Of a stretch of DNA of 64,000 bases, positions 28,901-40,037 are shown piece after piece. This DNA is from Chrysomallon squamiferum (taxonomy: Eukaryota > Animalia > Mollusca): NCBI GenBank assembly GCA_012295275.1, contig CM022667.1, forward strand, positions 19,840,001-19,904,000. Reading direction: 5' to 3'. A program made the position numbers and the translations under genes. A model generated the notes under the pieces. It had not been told where the DNA came from. It was given only the letters and a program-made list of their open reading frames with translations, and made no database searches. Each line of letters begins with the position of its first letter. Position 1 is the stretch's first letter.

Positions 28901-31900
28901 TCACTGTAGCCAAGTGGTTGAAATTATTTCTCAATGCTGTTTGATTCAGATCTCTTGGTATAGTCATTAGCAAATATCTATTCAAACCAAAATCTCAAAA
29001 CTTGTTATTTTAATGACTCACTCTGGACAAGGGCTTGTTACAGATTATTTCCACATCTCAAAAATATTTTGTAAGATTTTTATTTTTATTTATTTATTTT
29101 TAAAATTTGTTACACATTTTAATTATAAAAGTCTAAATTTTGGTAAAGTTGTTTATAACAGTGATTTTAAAACTGGCAGAGCTCAAAGGAAACTAATGTT
29201 GTGTATGGTATTGTGATGAATATTTTTACTTATTTAAAAATTAATTTGAAGATGGTGGTATGTTTTGTTATATAATTACTTTTGTCTATTCCAAGGCTGT
29301 TCAGGCAGCAGAATGTTTGGCACATCACAACAAAGACCTGGTGAGGAAGTACCAGAGAGAGATGCATCTGCGCAAGAAGTACCACAACCAGCTGGTCGAG
29401 CTGAAAGGTTTCATTACAGTTTTACACTGGTTATGTTGCATGCTCAAAACACAAATATACACAGACATAATATTTATCTGATAGTTATACATGTAGACAT
29501 ATATGATAGAGATATATGGAGACATAAATACAAACATACATGATAGACATTTACACAGATGTATAAAATAGACACAGAAAGACATGCATACAGATATCTA
29601 AGATAGACACACATAGCTATGTAGAGACATACTCATAGACATATACACCATCAAACAACTAGATAAACATGAAACATATAAACACAGATCTAAACATGTA
29701 GAGACATTCATATATAAGATCAAAGTAAGAACTGAGAGAAGTAAAATAGATGGACAAGTTCAAAGATGGGTTTTATGTCAAAACTCTTAGTCATTAGTTC
29801 AGTATAAACATTCATGAAAATAAGTAATTTAACTTTGACCAGATGTTGTTTTTTGTTAAAATAATAACTAATCTAGTGTTTTTTTCTCACAGGAAACATT
29901 CGAGTTTTCTGCCGTGTTCGGCCGTGGATCAAGGAAGACGGAGTGAGTCAGCAGAACGAACTTGTTGTTTCGTTTGACGATGATGACGATGGTGTCATTT
30001 ACGTCAGCAACAAAGGAAGGGTTCAGACTTTTGAGCTGGATCGAGTGTTCACAAGCAAGAGCAGTCAGAAAGAAGTAAGAGATTAAAAAAAAAAAAAATG
30101 TCTGTAAACTGTTGTTTCAAATTTGCTTTAACTGAACAAAATAATTTTGATATGGTTTATTCAAATTTTTAATTAGTAAATTGGAAATTTGTTACTTTCT
30201 AAAGGTGTTTTAATGGCTGAGCTGAATCAAGGTACTGGAGGGGGTTGAGTTTTATTTTCATTTATTGTTTTATCTCATTATATTTTTATTAATATCATTT
30301 TAATTAGTTAACCTGAAAAATTCAGAAAAGACAAGTTTTATTTAATTTTCTACAAAACATTATATTCTTTTGTCAAGGAGCAGTGTGAATGTTACTTTGA
30401 CAAATTTTATCAGTTTATTTAAAAGTTCATCACAGAATTCAAATATTTTACTTTTTGTTTTCTAAAGCAATATGTTATTTGTGATTTCAGGTGTTTGATG
30501 AAGTAAAAGCTCTTGTTACATCATGTATTGATGGCTTTAATGTGTGTATTTTTGCCTATGGACAAACAGGCTCTGGCAAAACATACACAATGGAGGTAAA
30601 ATGTTAATCTCTCATTGTCACAGAAAACAATAATAAACAGACAAACAGTGAAAAGTATCATCAAATACAAAATTTATTTTGTTGGTTTATATCAAAATGA
30701 TCCAAGAATGTGCTGAAATGTTTTCTGTTAGTAATGATGAATGACTAAACATTGGTCTTGATGTAAACACAAATAAAATAAAGCTAGGGGTTTATAACTA
30801 AATCAAAGAACTGACCAGTGACTAATAATGTGAAACTAAAGCTGAAAACCTGATCACCATGGTAAGCAAAACTAATATTTTTCTTCTTTGTCAGACTTGT
30901 TTAAATAGTTGTTTGATAAATGGAATGTTATATCAAGGGTTGTATTTTTTAATGGTTCATTTACATATAAAGAAAGAATTAAAGGAACAGTAATAATTTT
31001 ACTTTTTTTATATTGTGACTATCAGGGCCCCCCCAACGATGCAGGAATCAACCAAAGAGCCATACAGGAACTGTTCAGGGAAATATCAGAGCGAGGCTCA
31101 GACTGGAATTACACAATTTCTGTCAGTGTCTTGGAAATCTACAATGAAATTGTCAGGTATCAAAATAAATAACCAATCCTGTTTCTAAGAAATTTAGTTC
31201 AAATTTTTAGTTATTATCTCAAATACTTTGGTGTTACGAAATTTGTTGGTTGAAACAAAAGTTTTACATTTTTTTCAATATGTTGCATTTAAGCATATGA
31301 TTTCATTTCAGTATACATGTTATTGAAGATGAACAAAATGGCATGCATGTTTGAATAGATCTATGAACAAATATCTAAATAATATCTTTGAATTGCACTT
31401 TAAAAACATATGAACTACTATTAGAAATATGACCAAAAACATTATTTCATTTAAAATAATTTTTTGTCTAAATTCTAGATTACAGAAAACATTGTGTTTG
31501 TAATTATAAGTTAAATATGTTTGTCAGAGAGATGGTATTCAGCAAGCAGCAACTCACTAAAACATACTGCTGTTACTTTACAGGGATCTACTCAGTGAAA
31601 ACTCGTCTTTCAAACTGGAGGTGAAGCTGAACACAGAGGGGGGATACCATGTACCAGGCCTGGTCTGTGTACAAGTCGACTCTGTGGACGATGTTAACAA
31701 GGTAGTAATCAGTTACAGCGTTATCATTTACACACCTTGTTTCTTAAGATATCCTAAATGATATCCTCAAGGAAAAAATAAAATCCATTCACAGATTGGT
31801 ACACATCTTAGTGGTGAAAATAATTATTAATATTTCTTAGAATTGGTGCCTATTATTAAGGTTTTTATGTATATATATATATATATATATTATGCAATAC

Positions 31901-34812
31901 TGTTCGTGAAATTGGCTGCATGAATTATGATTGTAATATTGTATATATTGTTGGGAATTTGTGGCTATTCTTTTACACATATGCACATGCACACAGAGTT
32001 GTTATAATTTATGAATATTATCAAAGACTTTTTTTTAATTTTCAGGTGTTTCACTTGGGTCAGCAGAATCGTGCCACTGCAACAACCAACATGAATGAAC
32101 ATTCCTCCAGATCACACGCTCTGCTGTGCATCACAGTCACTGGAGTCAACAAAACCACCAACACAAAGTCAATAGGTGAGTTTATTTCAACAAAACCACC
32201 AACACAAAGTCAATAAGTGAGCTTATTTCAACAAAACCACCAACACAAAGTCAATAGGTGAGTTTAATTCAACAAAACCACCAACACAAAGTCAATAGGT
32301 GAGTTTATTTCAACAAAACCACCAACACAAAGTCAATAGGTGAGTTTATTTCAACAAAACCACCAACACAAAGTCAATAGGTGAGTTTATTTCAACAAAA
32401 CCACCAACACAAAGTCAATAGGTGAGTTTATTTCAACAAAACCACTAACACAAAGTCAGTGAGTTAGCAATCTGTAATTTTATTTCTTAACAAACTCCAT
32501 TATAAACAGTATGTCTGATTATATGCCTTAAAGACTTTGACTGCTGAAAGAAAAAGTAACTGATTTCCTCAGGAATCTGTAATTATAATCAGAAGTTACA
32601 AGTGTTTGACAAATAGTTGATGATAATAAATATAAACGTAGAAATGTGTAACATGCATTTTCATATATATTATTATTATATTATTATATTTTTTTATTGT
32701 TATCTAGAATTACAGATCATAGTTCTCAATCCTGAATTTATTTTAACAATTTATTTTTGATACGAATAGATTGAATAATAATTCTTTTAATTTTCTTACA
32801 ATCTGTCATCAAAAATCCTGTAATTAAACGTGTATAAGACTATAGTTTTTAACCAATGTGTTGTAGGAAAGCTGAACCTGGTTGACCTGGCAGGCAGTGA
32901 GAGAGTGAGCAAGTCAGGGGCTGATGGAACCAGACTGAAGGAAGCACAGAACATAAACAAGTCTTTGTCATGTCTGGGTGACGTCATCCACGCACTGCGA
33001 ACTCGACAGAGTCACATCCCTTACAGAAACTCTAAACTTACTTTCTTGTTACAAGATTCCCTGGGTAAATGTTGCTCATTACTCTAAACTGTCTTATTTC
33101 TTTATATCTCAAAGTTATTTTATTTTTTATTTTTATAACTAGTCTAGTTCAATTATTTTGCCAAGAATTAAACTGTTATGTATTAGCTTCTCAGTTAGAG
33201 TTTACAACTTTCATATTAAAACATTCTCATAATTCTATTTTTTTTTCAATCTGAAAGTGGTCTGTTATAAGACTGGATAAAAAAATGTCTTTATAACATC
33301 CACTGAATTTATTAACATACAGACATTTCAGTTAAATTTGTTTTGTTTTTAACTGAGAATTCTCTTTCTTACATAAAATTCTGTAGGTAAATATTTTAAC
33401 AAAAAAAACAAAAAATCTTTTTCATTATTTACTATTATATTCATCATATACCAGAATACTTAGTATTTTTTACTTTGTATTCTGTAAGAAAGTCACACCT
33501 TTCTGTTGACACCTGTGTCTGATTACAGGTGGAGACAGCAAGACACTGATGATAGTCCAGGTGGCCCCAGTTGCCTGCAACGTTGGAGAGACTGTCTGCA
33601 GTTTGGCGTTTGCTCAGCGAGTGAGAAACGTTGAGCTTGGTGCTGCGTCGCGCAGAATTGAGAATGGCGATGTCAATGAGGTGAACAGATTTAGAGGGCG
33701 GAAATTTTGGTAAAACTGAGCAAAAGGATTCGAAATTTTTTTAGACGTTTTTAAAATTCATTTTCAAAGCTCAGATTTGTTAGAAAAATAATTTAAAAAA
33801 ATTTAATTATTTTTGTTACACACTTAATAACCTTGATAGAAATTAAACATTTTTTTGTGTTATTTTTATACACATTATTTTGAAATTTTTACTTAAATAT
33901 AGTTTTAAAATAATTTGTTATTTGTAATTCTTTTAAAAGCGGCTTAAGGAAAAGTTACTTAGGGTAAGCGCCAGTATGTCTGAAGTGTGAAAATTCTGTG
34001 TTGTAAAGCCTACAGCCTTTTTCAGTTTTGCTGATAATGTTTGTTTTCAAATCTTTTTCCTGTGGTTTTAATTAAGAGAAAACCCACTTTTTATATTACT
34101 TTATAAAGTGCTTTTGGTTCATCTTTTTTTTAATTACAGTGTAGTATTAATTTTTAATTTATGTATGCTTTTTTTAATGTTTAGTTTTTGTTCTTTTTTC
34201 TCTCTTTTTTTTCATTTTGTATATGTGCATATGGATAATTTTAATTCTTTTATTAGGTTGCATGCTCTAGTTTGATTGATTGAACATTGTTATACAGTTC
34301 ATTTTTTCACATTTTATTTATAACTTCTAAAAATATGATAAATTTTATTCAAATTATTAAACTTATTACAATATTCTTTCATACTTTTAGCAGTGAAAAG
34401 TTTTTCCTGAAAATCATGCCTTTTCTGTATTAAAATAATTGTCTATTAAAGGATTAACTTTTTAACTTGTCTTTTTCAGTTTAATGTATCCATAACATAA
34501 GTAATTTTCCCCTCTCTGTTTTGTTTTCTTTCCTTCAATCATTCTCCTCATTTCTTCTAATAATTATTTATTATTTGTACTTATTTCAAATCATTATTTG
34601 ACTTCTGTGTTTTTCCCTTGCAGACTGGTTCAACACTTCCTGGAAGTCCTCATCCTTTTAACGGAATCATGTCTCCAAAAGGCGTCACCCCAAACAAGTC
34701 AAACACCCCTGTCAAGCCTGCCACACCCCTGAAGCCTGTAACTCCAGGTTCAGCGCGACCTTTGACCCCATCTTCCCGTCATGCTCGACAGTTGATATCC
34801 AGGAGAAAATAA
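11656..34812 (+). CDS. KIFC3: Kinesin-14 family C-terminal motor protein (KIFC3-like), 19 coding exons, ~945 aa
   Basis: Exons joined by GT-AG introns with consistent phases: 11656-11681, 12050-12089, 13252-13369, 24642-24736, 24949-25141, 25445-25704, 26184-26345, 27231-27434, 27934-28077, 28588-28866, 29296-29407, 29893-30074, 30491-30595, 31026-31156, 31584-31701, 32046-32175, 32867-33064, 33529-33680, 34624-34812 (2838 nt). Motifs: neck [15 protein letters not shown]-loop YGQTGSGKT, switch I NEHSSRSH, switch [29 protein letters not shown]. The first three exons are less certain than the rest. Confidence 0.9.
12050..12089 (+). CDS. KIFC3: KIFC3-like exon ([13 protein letters not shown])
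   Basis: tttcag acceptor, AAG|gtaaga donor, open in the required phase. Confidence 0.65.
12646..13140. mobile_element. MITE with ~25-bp terminal inverted repeats (Tc1/mariner-pogo-like)
   Basis: Left caggcaccaaaccatttattcggca; right tgctggataaatggttcggtacctg followed by TA. Confidence 0.65.
13252..13369 (+). CDS. KIFC3: KIFC3-like exon (QEKPVFQTP...ELSFES)
   Basis: tttattcag acceptor, CAG|gtagga donor, 39 open codons, phase 1 matches exon at 24642. Confidence 0.65.
14527..14741. mobile_element. Small piggyBac-like MITE
   Basis: ctaa|cctttgctaacaat ... attattagcaaagg|ttaa; a related end fragment occurs at ~26076. Confidence 0.5.
19695..19856. repeat. Local ~60-bp direct duplication
   Basis: tcaaattgattttat(t/c)gatcatgaaaaa..caaagaaattt.acatct.agactga twice, ~100 bp apart. 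Confidence 0.8.
23146..24641 (+). repeat. Compound minisatellite (~25-bp actgtacattatgtgttt[t/c]tattac plus longer units) abutting a splice acceptor
   Basis: Direct reading; generates the spurious Cys/Tyr-rich ORFs in the track. Confidence 0.97.
24642..24736 (+). CDS. KIFC3: KIFC3-like exon ([20 protein letters not shown]...)
   Basis: tattacag acceptor at end of minisatellite, ACG|gtaaaa donor, coiled-coil composition. Confidence 0.8.
24949..25141 (+). CDS. KIFC3: KIFC3-like coiled-coil exon
   Basis: ttttcag acceptor; [16 protein letters not shown]...LEKQLQ. Confidence 0.85.
25445..25704 (+). CDS. KIFC3: KIFC3-like coiled-coil exon
   Basis: tttgcag acceptor, GAG|gtagat donor, heptad-rich. 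Confidence 0.85.
26184..26345 (+). CDS. KIFC3: KIFC3-like coiled-coil exon (not in ORF track)
   Basis: tttgcag acceptor, AAG|gtgaga donor; [30 protein letters not shown]... Confidence 0.85.
26843..27260 (+). repeat. 7 x 60-bp tandem repeat spanning an intron/exon boundary
   Basis: ttgtctaaacagttttgtgtttgttttcag|agtttgcaggaagacaacgacacactaagc. Confidence 0.97.
27231..27434 (+). CDS. KIFC3: KIFC3-like coiled-coil exon (5' boundary ambiguous because acceptor is repeated)
   Basis: [18 protein letters not shown]...AKEPE, GAA|gtcagt donor. Confidence 0.8.
27934..28077 (+). CDS. KIFC3: KIFC3-like coiled-coil exon
   Basis: ttttcaag acceptor; [18 protein letters not shown]...ENK. Confidence 0.8.
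28588..28866 (+). CDS. KIFC3: KIFC3-like coiled-coil exon
   Basis: cattag acceptor, GAG|gtacac donor, 93 open codons. Confidence 0.85.
29296..29407 (+). CDS. KIFC3: KIFC3-like neck exon
   Basis: [24 protein letters not shown], kinesin-14 neck. Confidence 0.9.
29893..30074 (+). CDS. KIFC3: KIFC3-like motor exon
   Basis: [10 protein letters not shown]...FELDRVF. Confidence 0.92.
30491..30595 (+). CDS. KIFC3: KIFC3-like motor exon (P-loop)
   Basis: [35 protein letters not shown]. Confidence 0.95.
31026..31156 (+). CDS. KIFC3: KIFC3-like motor exon
   Basis: [17 protein letters not shown]...SVLEIYNE. Confidence 0.93.
31584..31701 (+). CDS. KIFC3: KIFC3-like motor exon
   Basis: [14 protein letters not shown]...HVPGL. 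Confidence 0.9.
32046..32175 (+). CDS. KIFC3: KIFC3-like motor exon (switch I)
   Basis: [20 protein letters not shown]; TAG|gtgagt donor is the first copy of a repeat. Confidence 0.93.
32146..32465 (+). repeat. ~8 x 41-bp tandem repeat spanning an exon/intron boundary
   Basis: tcaacaaaaccaccaacacaaagtcaatag|gtgagtttatt; GT at 32176, 32217, 32258, 32299, 32340, 32381, 32422, 32459. Confidence 0.97.
32867..33064 (+). CDS. KIFC3: KIFC3-like motor exon (switch II)
   Basis: [13 protein letters not shown]...[17 protein letters not shown]. Confidence 0.95.
33529..33680 (+). CDS. KIFC3: KIFC3-like motor exon
   Basis: [13 protein letters not shown]...[18 protein letters not shown]. Confidence 0.93.
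34624..34812 (+). CDS. KIFC3: KIFC3-like terminal coding exon (S/T-P-rich tail)
   Basis: ttttcccttgcag acceptor, phase 0, TAA at 34810-34812. Confidence 0.85.
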   Translation, partial: TGSTLPGSPHPFNGIMSPKGVTPNKSNTPVKPATPLKPVTPGSARPLTPSSRHARQLISRRK

Positions 34813-36176
34813 AGAGATTGTTGAGAAGTGGACTCTCGCAGACTGTGTGAAATGTGTTCATTGTTTCTTAGTGCTACCACATACTTATCTGAGAAAACAA
34901 AGACTTGAAATTCAGAGAGATTGTTACTTGTCTCATGTTTCATAGGATTAAAAAAACAACACTGCAATGTTTTCAGACAATACGATACCATTCATTTCCA
35001 CAACATTTGTGTTCCTTCCTTTAAGAAGGATGCATTTCAAGTGTTTTCTCTTTTTCAGTGATTCTGGACTTTTCAGACTTTGTGTATGTTTAATATTCTG
35101 ACTTGGATTTTCACAGACTGTTTAATAACAGATCCAGACCAAAAATATGCAGAGTATTGACACTAGTCCATATGTGTTGGATTTGGGCAAATGAATCAAA
35201 TTAATTCCAGATTATATATCTACCAAAAGATAAAATATTCATCCATTTAGTACTTCTTCATTTCTCTTTTTAATTTTTTTTCTCAAAAAATGGATGTAAT
35301 AAGGTGTTTATTATTGTAACATGAATTTCATGTTAGACATGGACATTGATAGATTCCCTGTGATAAATGTATTCCAATCTGTGGAACCATAAAATAACTT
35401 ACTGTGTAGATTAGTCATTTAATTATGTACTTCATGTTTATTATCAATTAAGAAAATAAAAAATAATGTGTGATAATGAAAATATCAACACTTTACGAAG
35501 GAAAAATAATTAAAATAAAATATAAACATACAGAGAAGCAAAGGAAGAAAAGTTTAAGAAAATACATCAAATAAATAATAAAAATCAAAAATTTAATAAA
35601 TATATCCATAATGTTAATAATATTTTATTTCGATAACAGTTAACTCTTAACATATTCTGAATAGAGATTTCACATTTATCATCAACTGATTCTAAACTGC
35701 ACTGAATTTTGCAGAATTACTGACATTGTCTTTCAAACAGATTAATGGTTATTTTTTTTCTAACACTAGTCAGAAATTTATTGCACATATCCAGTTACTA
35801 ACATAAATTAAATATTAATTCACAAAATATTTTTAAATGGAATCAAAACATAAAAGACATTTTGTTAATGTTGTATAATTTGTATAATTCATTTGTGATA
35901 TAGATATCTTTCTCTTTACATTCCATTCAAATTGTGTTTAAAAAAACAAATCAAAAAAATAAAAATACTGTAAGTAGAAAAATGTTGTTTTTTATCACTT
36001 TTTATGTCTTTTGTTTTTATTGTGCTGCAAAATTGTCTCACTTCATTTTTGTTTATTGTTTTAATTTATTGTCTTTTTTTTATTTATTTATTTATTTTAT
36101 TTATTTTACTTTTGTACATTTTAGCTCTATGTGCTTTGATTATTGTGAATGTAACTAACTATATGCACTGCCTGTG

Positions 36177-36182
36177 AATAAA
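36177..36182 (+). terminator. Candidate polyadenylation signal of the kinesin gene
   Basis: AATAAA followed by a GT/T-rich stretch (gattttgttgtttattgttttt); other AATAAA hexamers also occur in this AT-rich UTR. Confidence 0.3.
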
Positions 36183-39023
36183 AGAAAAGTTTAATACAGA
36201 TTTTGTTGTTTATTGTTTTTTATATAGGTGCAAGTGGTAAACACCTTGTTTAGCATCTTCAAAATCAGCTTTAAAAAAAATTTAGTATTCATCAGCTTGG
36301 TGCTTTCAATAAATAAATAAACAATAATAATGCAGTTAATATTGTATAATATAAATGGATTATTGTTATTACAAAACAAAATTGTACTAAGATTAATGTA
36401 TTTAGTCATTTGTACAACCATTAGCACAGTATGAATGTATCATGTTTCTGTTGTCTGTGAATCATTTTCTAAATACCATTTTAGTTGTCTGCTCTAGCTA
36501 TTCCCACTGGAAGGTGTTTGTTCTCGTTTTGCGTTGTATATGGCCATTTATATTCTTTGTCAGTTTTCACATTTTATTATTCAGCAACTGTGTTGTAACA
36601 GAAATATGTTTTAATATAATTATTTTTCATATTTGGTTTATGTGAGATGAAATTTTATTCTTTATATTTCTACATTTTTATATTTGATTTATTATTTATT
36701 TATTTTTTTTTTTTTTTTTTTTTCTTAATCTATATATTCCTTGTTCTTCTGTCTTCTTTCATTGTATTTTTTCTTTATTATCATTCTGATTATTTCTAAT
36801 TAATAATTTTTCATCTTCTTATTCTTCTCTTTTCTTATTTTTAGTTTTCTTGTTTCTTCTTTCTGTATATTCATATTGAATTTTATATTTATGATTTATT
36901 ATCTTGTTTTTGTATATTCTTATTTTTCATTCTCCTTTTTTTTGTTGTTGTCTTTTTTTGTTGTTGTTTTTTTGGGAGGTAGGCTTGGTGGTTGCTTCTA
37001 GGTGGTATTTATGTATTTATTTTTTTATTTTATTTTTTTATTATTATTATTTTTTTGTTGTTATTAATCGTTCTGATAATCTTCATTTCTTTCGATTATT
37101 GTTAGATTTTTTCCCATTGTGTGTGTGTGTGTGTGTGCGTGTGTAAAGTGTTAAAATAATACATTATTGTGCGCAAAAAACGATTTTTAATTACCGGGTT
37201 ATTTTTTTTTTTTTTTTTTTTTTTCGAAATGATTTTTCGGAATTTACCATAGTTACCCTTGGTTACCACTTGTTCGGAGGTAAAATTAAATTAAATTGTA
37301 TCAGTGTAGTATTCTCTATTATTACTTTCAATTTTAATTATAATAATAACAAAAACGTAGTTTAAATATACTCACTGATACCCTACTAGGAATAATTCAG
37401 CGAATTAATATGTCAGTTTCTTGCTTTCGATAATACTTCAGTTTCCTCGGTCAACTAGTTGCCACTGATGACGTCATATTTCTATTCCCGAAAAATAACG
37501 ATCGTCACATGGTTACACTGACGTTACACCACCTATATAATATAATATTCTAAAAGTGGTACTGTTTTACACTCTATGGGCTGTTTTCATTACTTATTTA
37601 TTATCATTATTTTATTATAAATGATTTCCAAAATATAACTAAAATTTTATATTTTGCGATAACCATGGCGGGAATTCCATACAGAGAAAATTAAGTACAT
37701 TTTTTTTTTTTTTTTTTTTTTTTTTATTAAGCTACAAATTGTGAAATGACTATAACTATAACTTGTTATTTTGCAACGCTTATTGTTCTCTTGTTTATCA
37801 AGAACATTAAAAAGGTCATACAAAAATGTCTGACATTACTTTGTCTTATTAAATCAACACATTTTTCTTCTCTTATGGTCATTCAATCGGACTGCGATTC
37901 AATGGTCGGTGTTAACAGAAAATGTTCCTCGTTTTTAAACGTCCTAATAACACTATTAAAAAATCAGTGAACAGCAATAAGTTTAGATCTCAAGAAATAT
38001 CACCGTGACAAAACGACGATAAAACTGAAACCAGATGGCCTCCTGTGATGGCTTAATTTTCATTTTGACATGATCAGAATTGTAGAGGGTCAGAACATTT
38101 TAATAAGGTCAGATATGACGTGTGTTTGGTGTCACAGCCTAGTTAGCAGAGGAAAATTAAAATTTGTACATGAATCGGATAAAAAAAAATAATCCACTAT
38201 TTATTACAAACGAGGTTTACGGTCGACGGTTTAAACAGTGATTGCTCAATCCACTATTGGCCTTTTATTAATTCTGAGTTAGAGAAGAAATCTATATATA
38301 TAAATTTATGTTAAATACGTTATAAATTTTTATTGGCTTATTTTCAGAGTAAACCTGAATCATAAGACGTAATTTGCGACAAAGGATATATTTCAAATTG
38401 TTTATTGATTTTATTTGCCTTATTCTTATATTCAATAATAAGACATATAAGAATAAACCATTAATGAAAATAAGTAATTTCTTTAGACTTGTACAGTTGA
38501 CTAGGCAGCACTGTCAAAAATAAATCATTTTGACTATTCAGACTGCGCATTATTATACATTATTGTTGTTGTTGTTAAGGAGACAGATTGATTTGTGATT
38601 GTTCAGTGGTTAAACAACATGATATATGACAAGTAAATGATTCAATATTCGTTTGTCAAATTATTTAAACCATTTCCTAGCGAACTGATTCAGTCTTTAA
38701 TCAACAGCTATCAAATGTCCATTTTACACGACAGTGGATGTTTCCACGTGGATAAACACGTTATCAAATTTTTGCAGGAAATGTTGGTTACGTTCGGGCA
38801 GTAATTATGTTATAAAGATTTAGGTTAACAGCCAACGGTCGCAACGACCTGTCCACAAGCTGTTCGGAGAATGTCGTCGTCTGCTGAAGCTTTTAATGTT
38901 ATTATTTGTAATTTAATAAGACATGAATAATAGCATTTCAGGAGAAAAAAAAATCTTTGTTAGTGATGTAACTTGTTAAAATTAACTTTTTTATATATAA
39001 AAAAAATAAATAATAAATGAAAA

Positions 39024-39088
<65 letters not shown>

Positions 39089-40037
39089 AATAAATTTCCC
39101 ACAGATTCTGTCTAAAAAATTAGAATACCGCCACGGTTTCATTTATCGTTCAGTGCATTATCTTTATCTCAAAATTGCGGGTTGAACAAGACATTCTTTT
39201 TTTTTATGTCTTTTCTGATCTGCACAAAATTCAATCAATGTCTTTTCCCACGACTGCGTGAACACTGCTGGAACAAATGAAATTTTTACATGCTTATATA
39301 AGATTTGTTATTTCTGTACTTTCTAAATATTCCTTTGTTTCTTGAGTACTTTTTCTAAACCAATAGTTATTAAATATATAAGTTTTCTAATTATTTTCAT
39401 TTAAAAAGTAAATTAATAAGTTCAAAATAACTAGAAACAAAAAGAAGAAGACAGTTTTAAATATGAAGATTACAGGATTCAGAAAAACGATCACTTACGT
39501 CGTTCTAGTATTGTTAAGTAACTAAATAAAGTATTTTCTTCTCAAACCTACAGAATACTGAAATGACACTTGGTTTTACTGTTAGTGAGAAATTACTTTA
39601 TTTTGCTGTCCCAAAGAACCGTATTTATTTTTAATCACAAGATATGTAAATATCTCATATGATCATTGAACATAATGATTACAAACACTGAAAGAATTAA
39701 GAAACTATTTCGTTGACAGTAATTCTTTTTTCGATTGCATGAAGAAAACAAATATTCGTCCGTGCAACTGAATACGATAAAAGCAGGCAGGATGTGCGAC
39801 TCCAGTCAAGTGTCAAAAAATCAATCTAGCTTGGTACCAAATGGCTTGGATCAGCTAAAGAAGATATATATATCATTTCTGATTAAAATATATCAAAATA
39901 TTACACGGTTGACGAAAGAAATTGATTTATTCTTGTATAAAGAACATTTACATTAAAATGTTTTTGCTAAAGATTTTTCACCACTGACATCACTTCATTT
40001 TAGAATGACGGCAAAACACTTCAAATATTTAATTTTT

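Noticed and set aside
26843-32465. Regularly spaced repeats resembling CRISPR arrays
   Set aside because: Units are head-to-tail with no unique spacers, there are no cas genes, and the context is eukaryotic introns.
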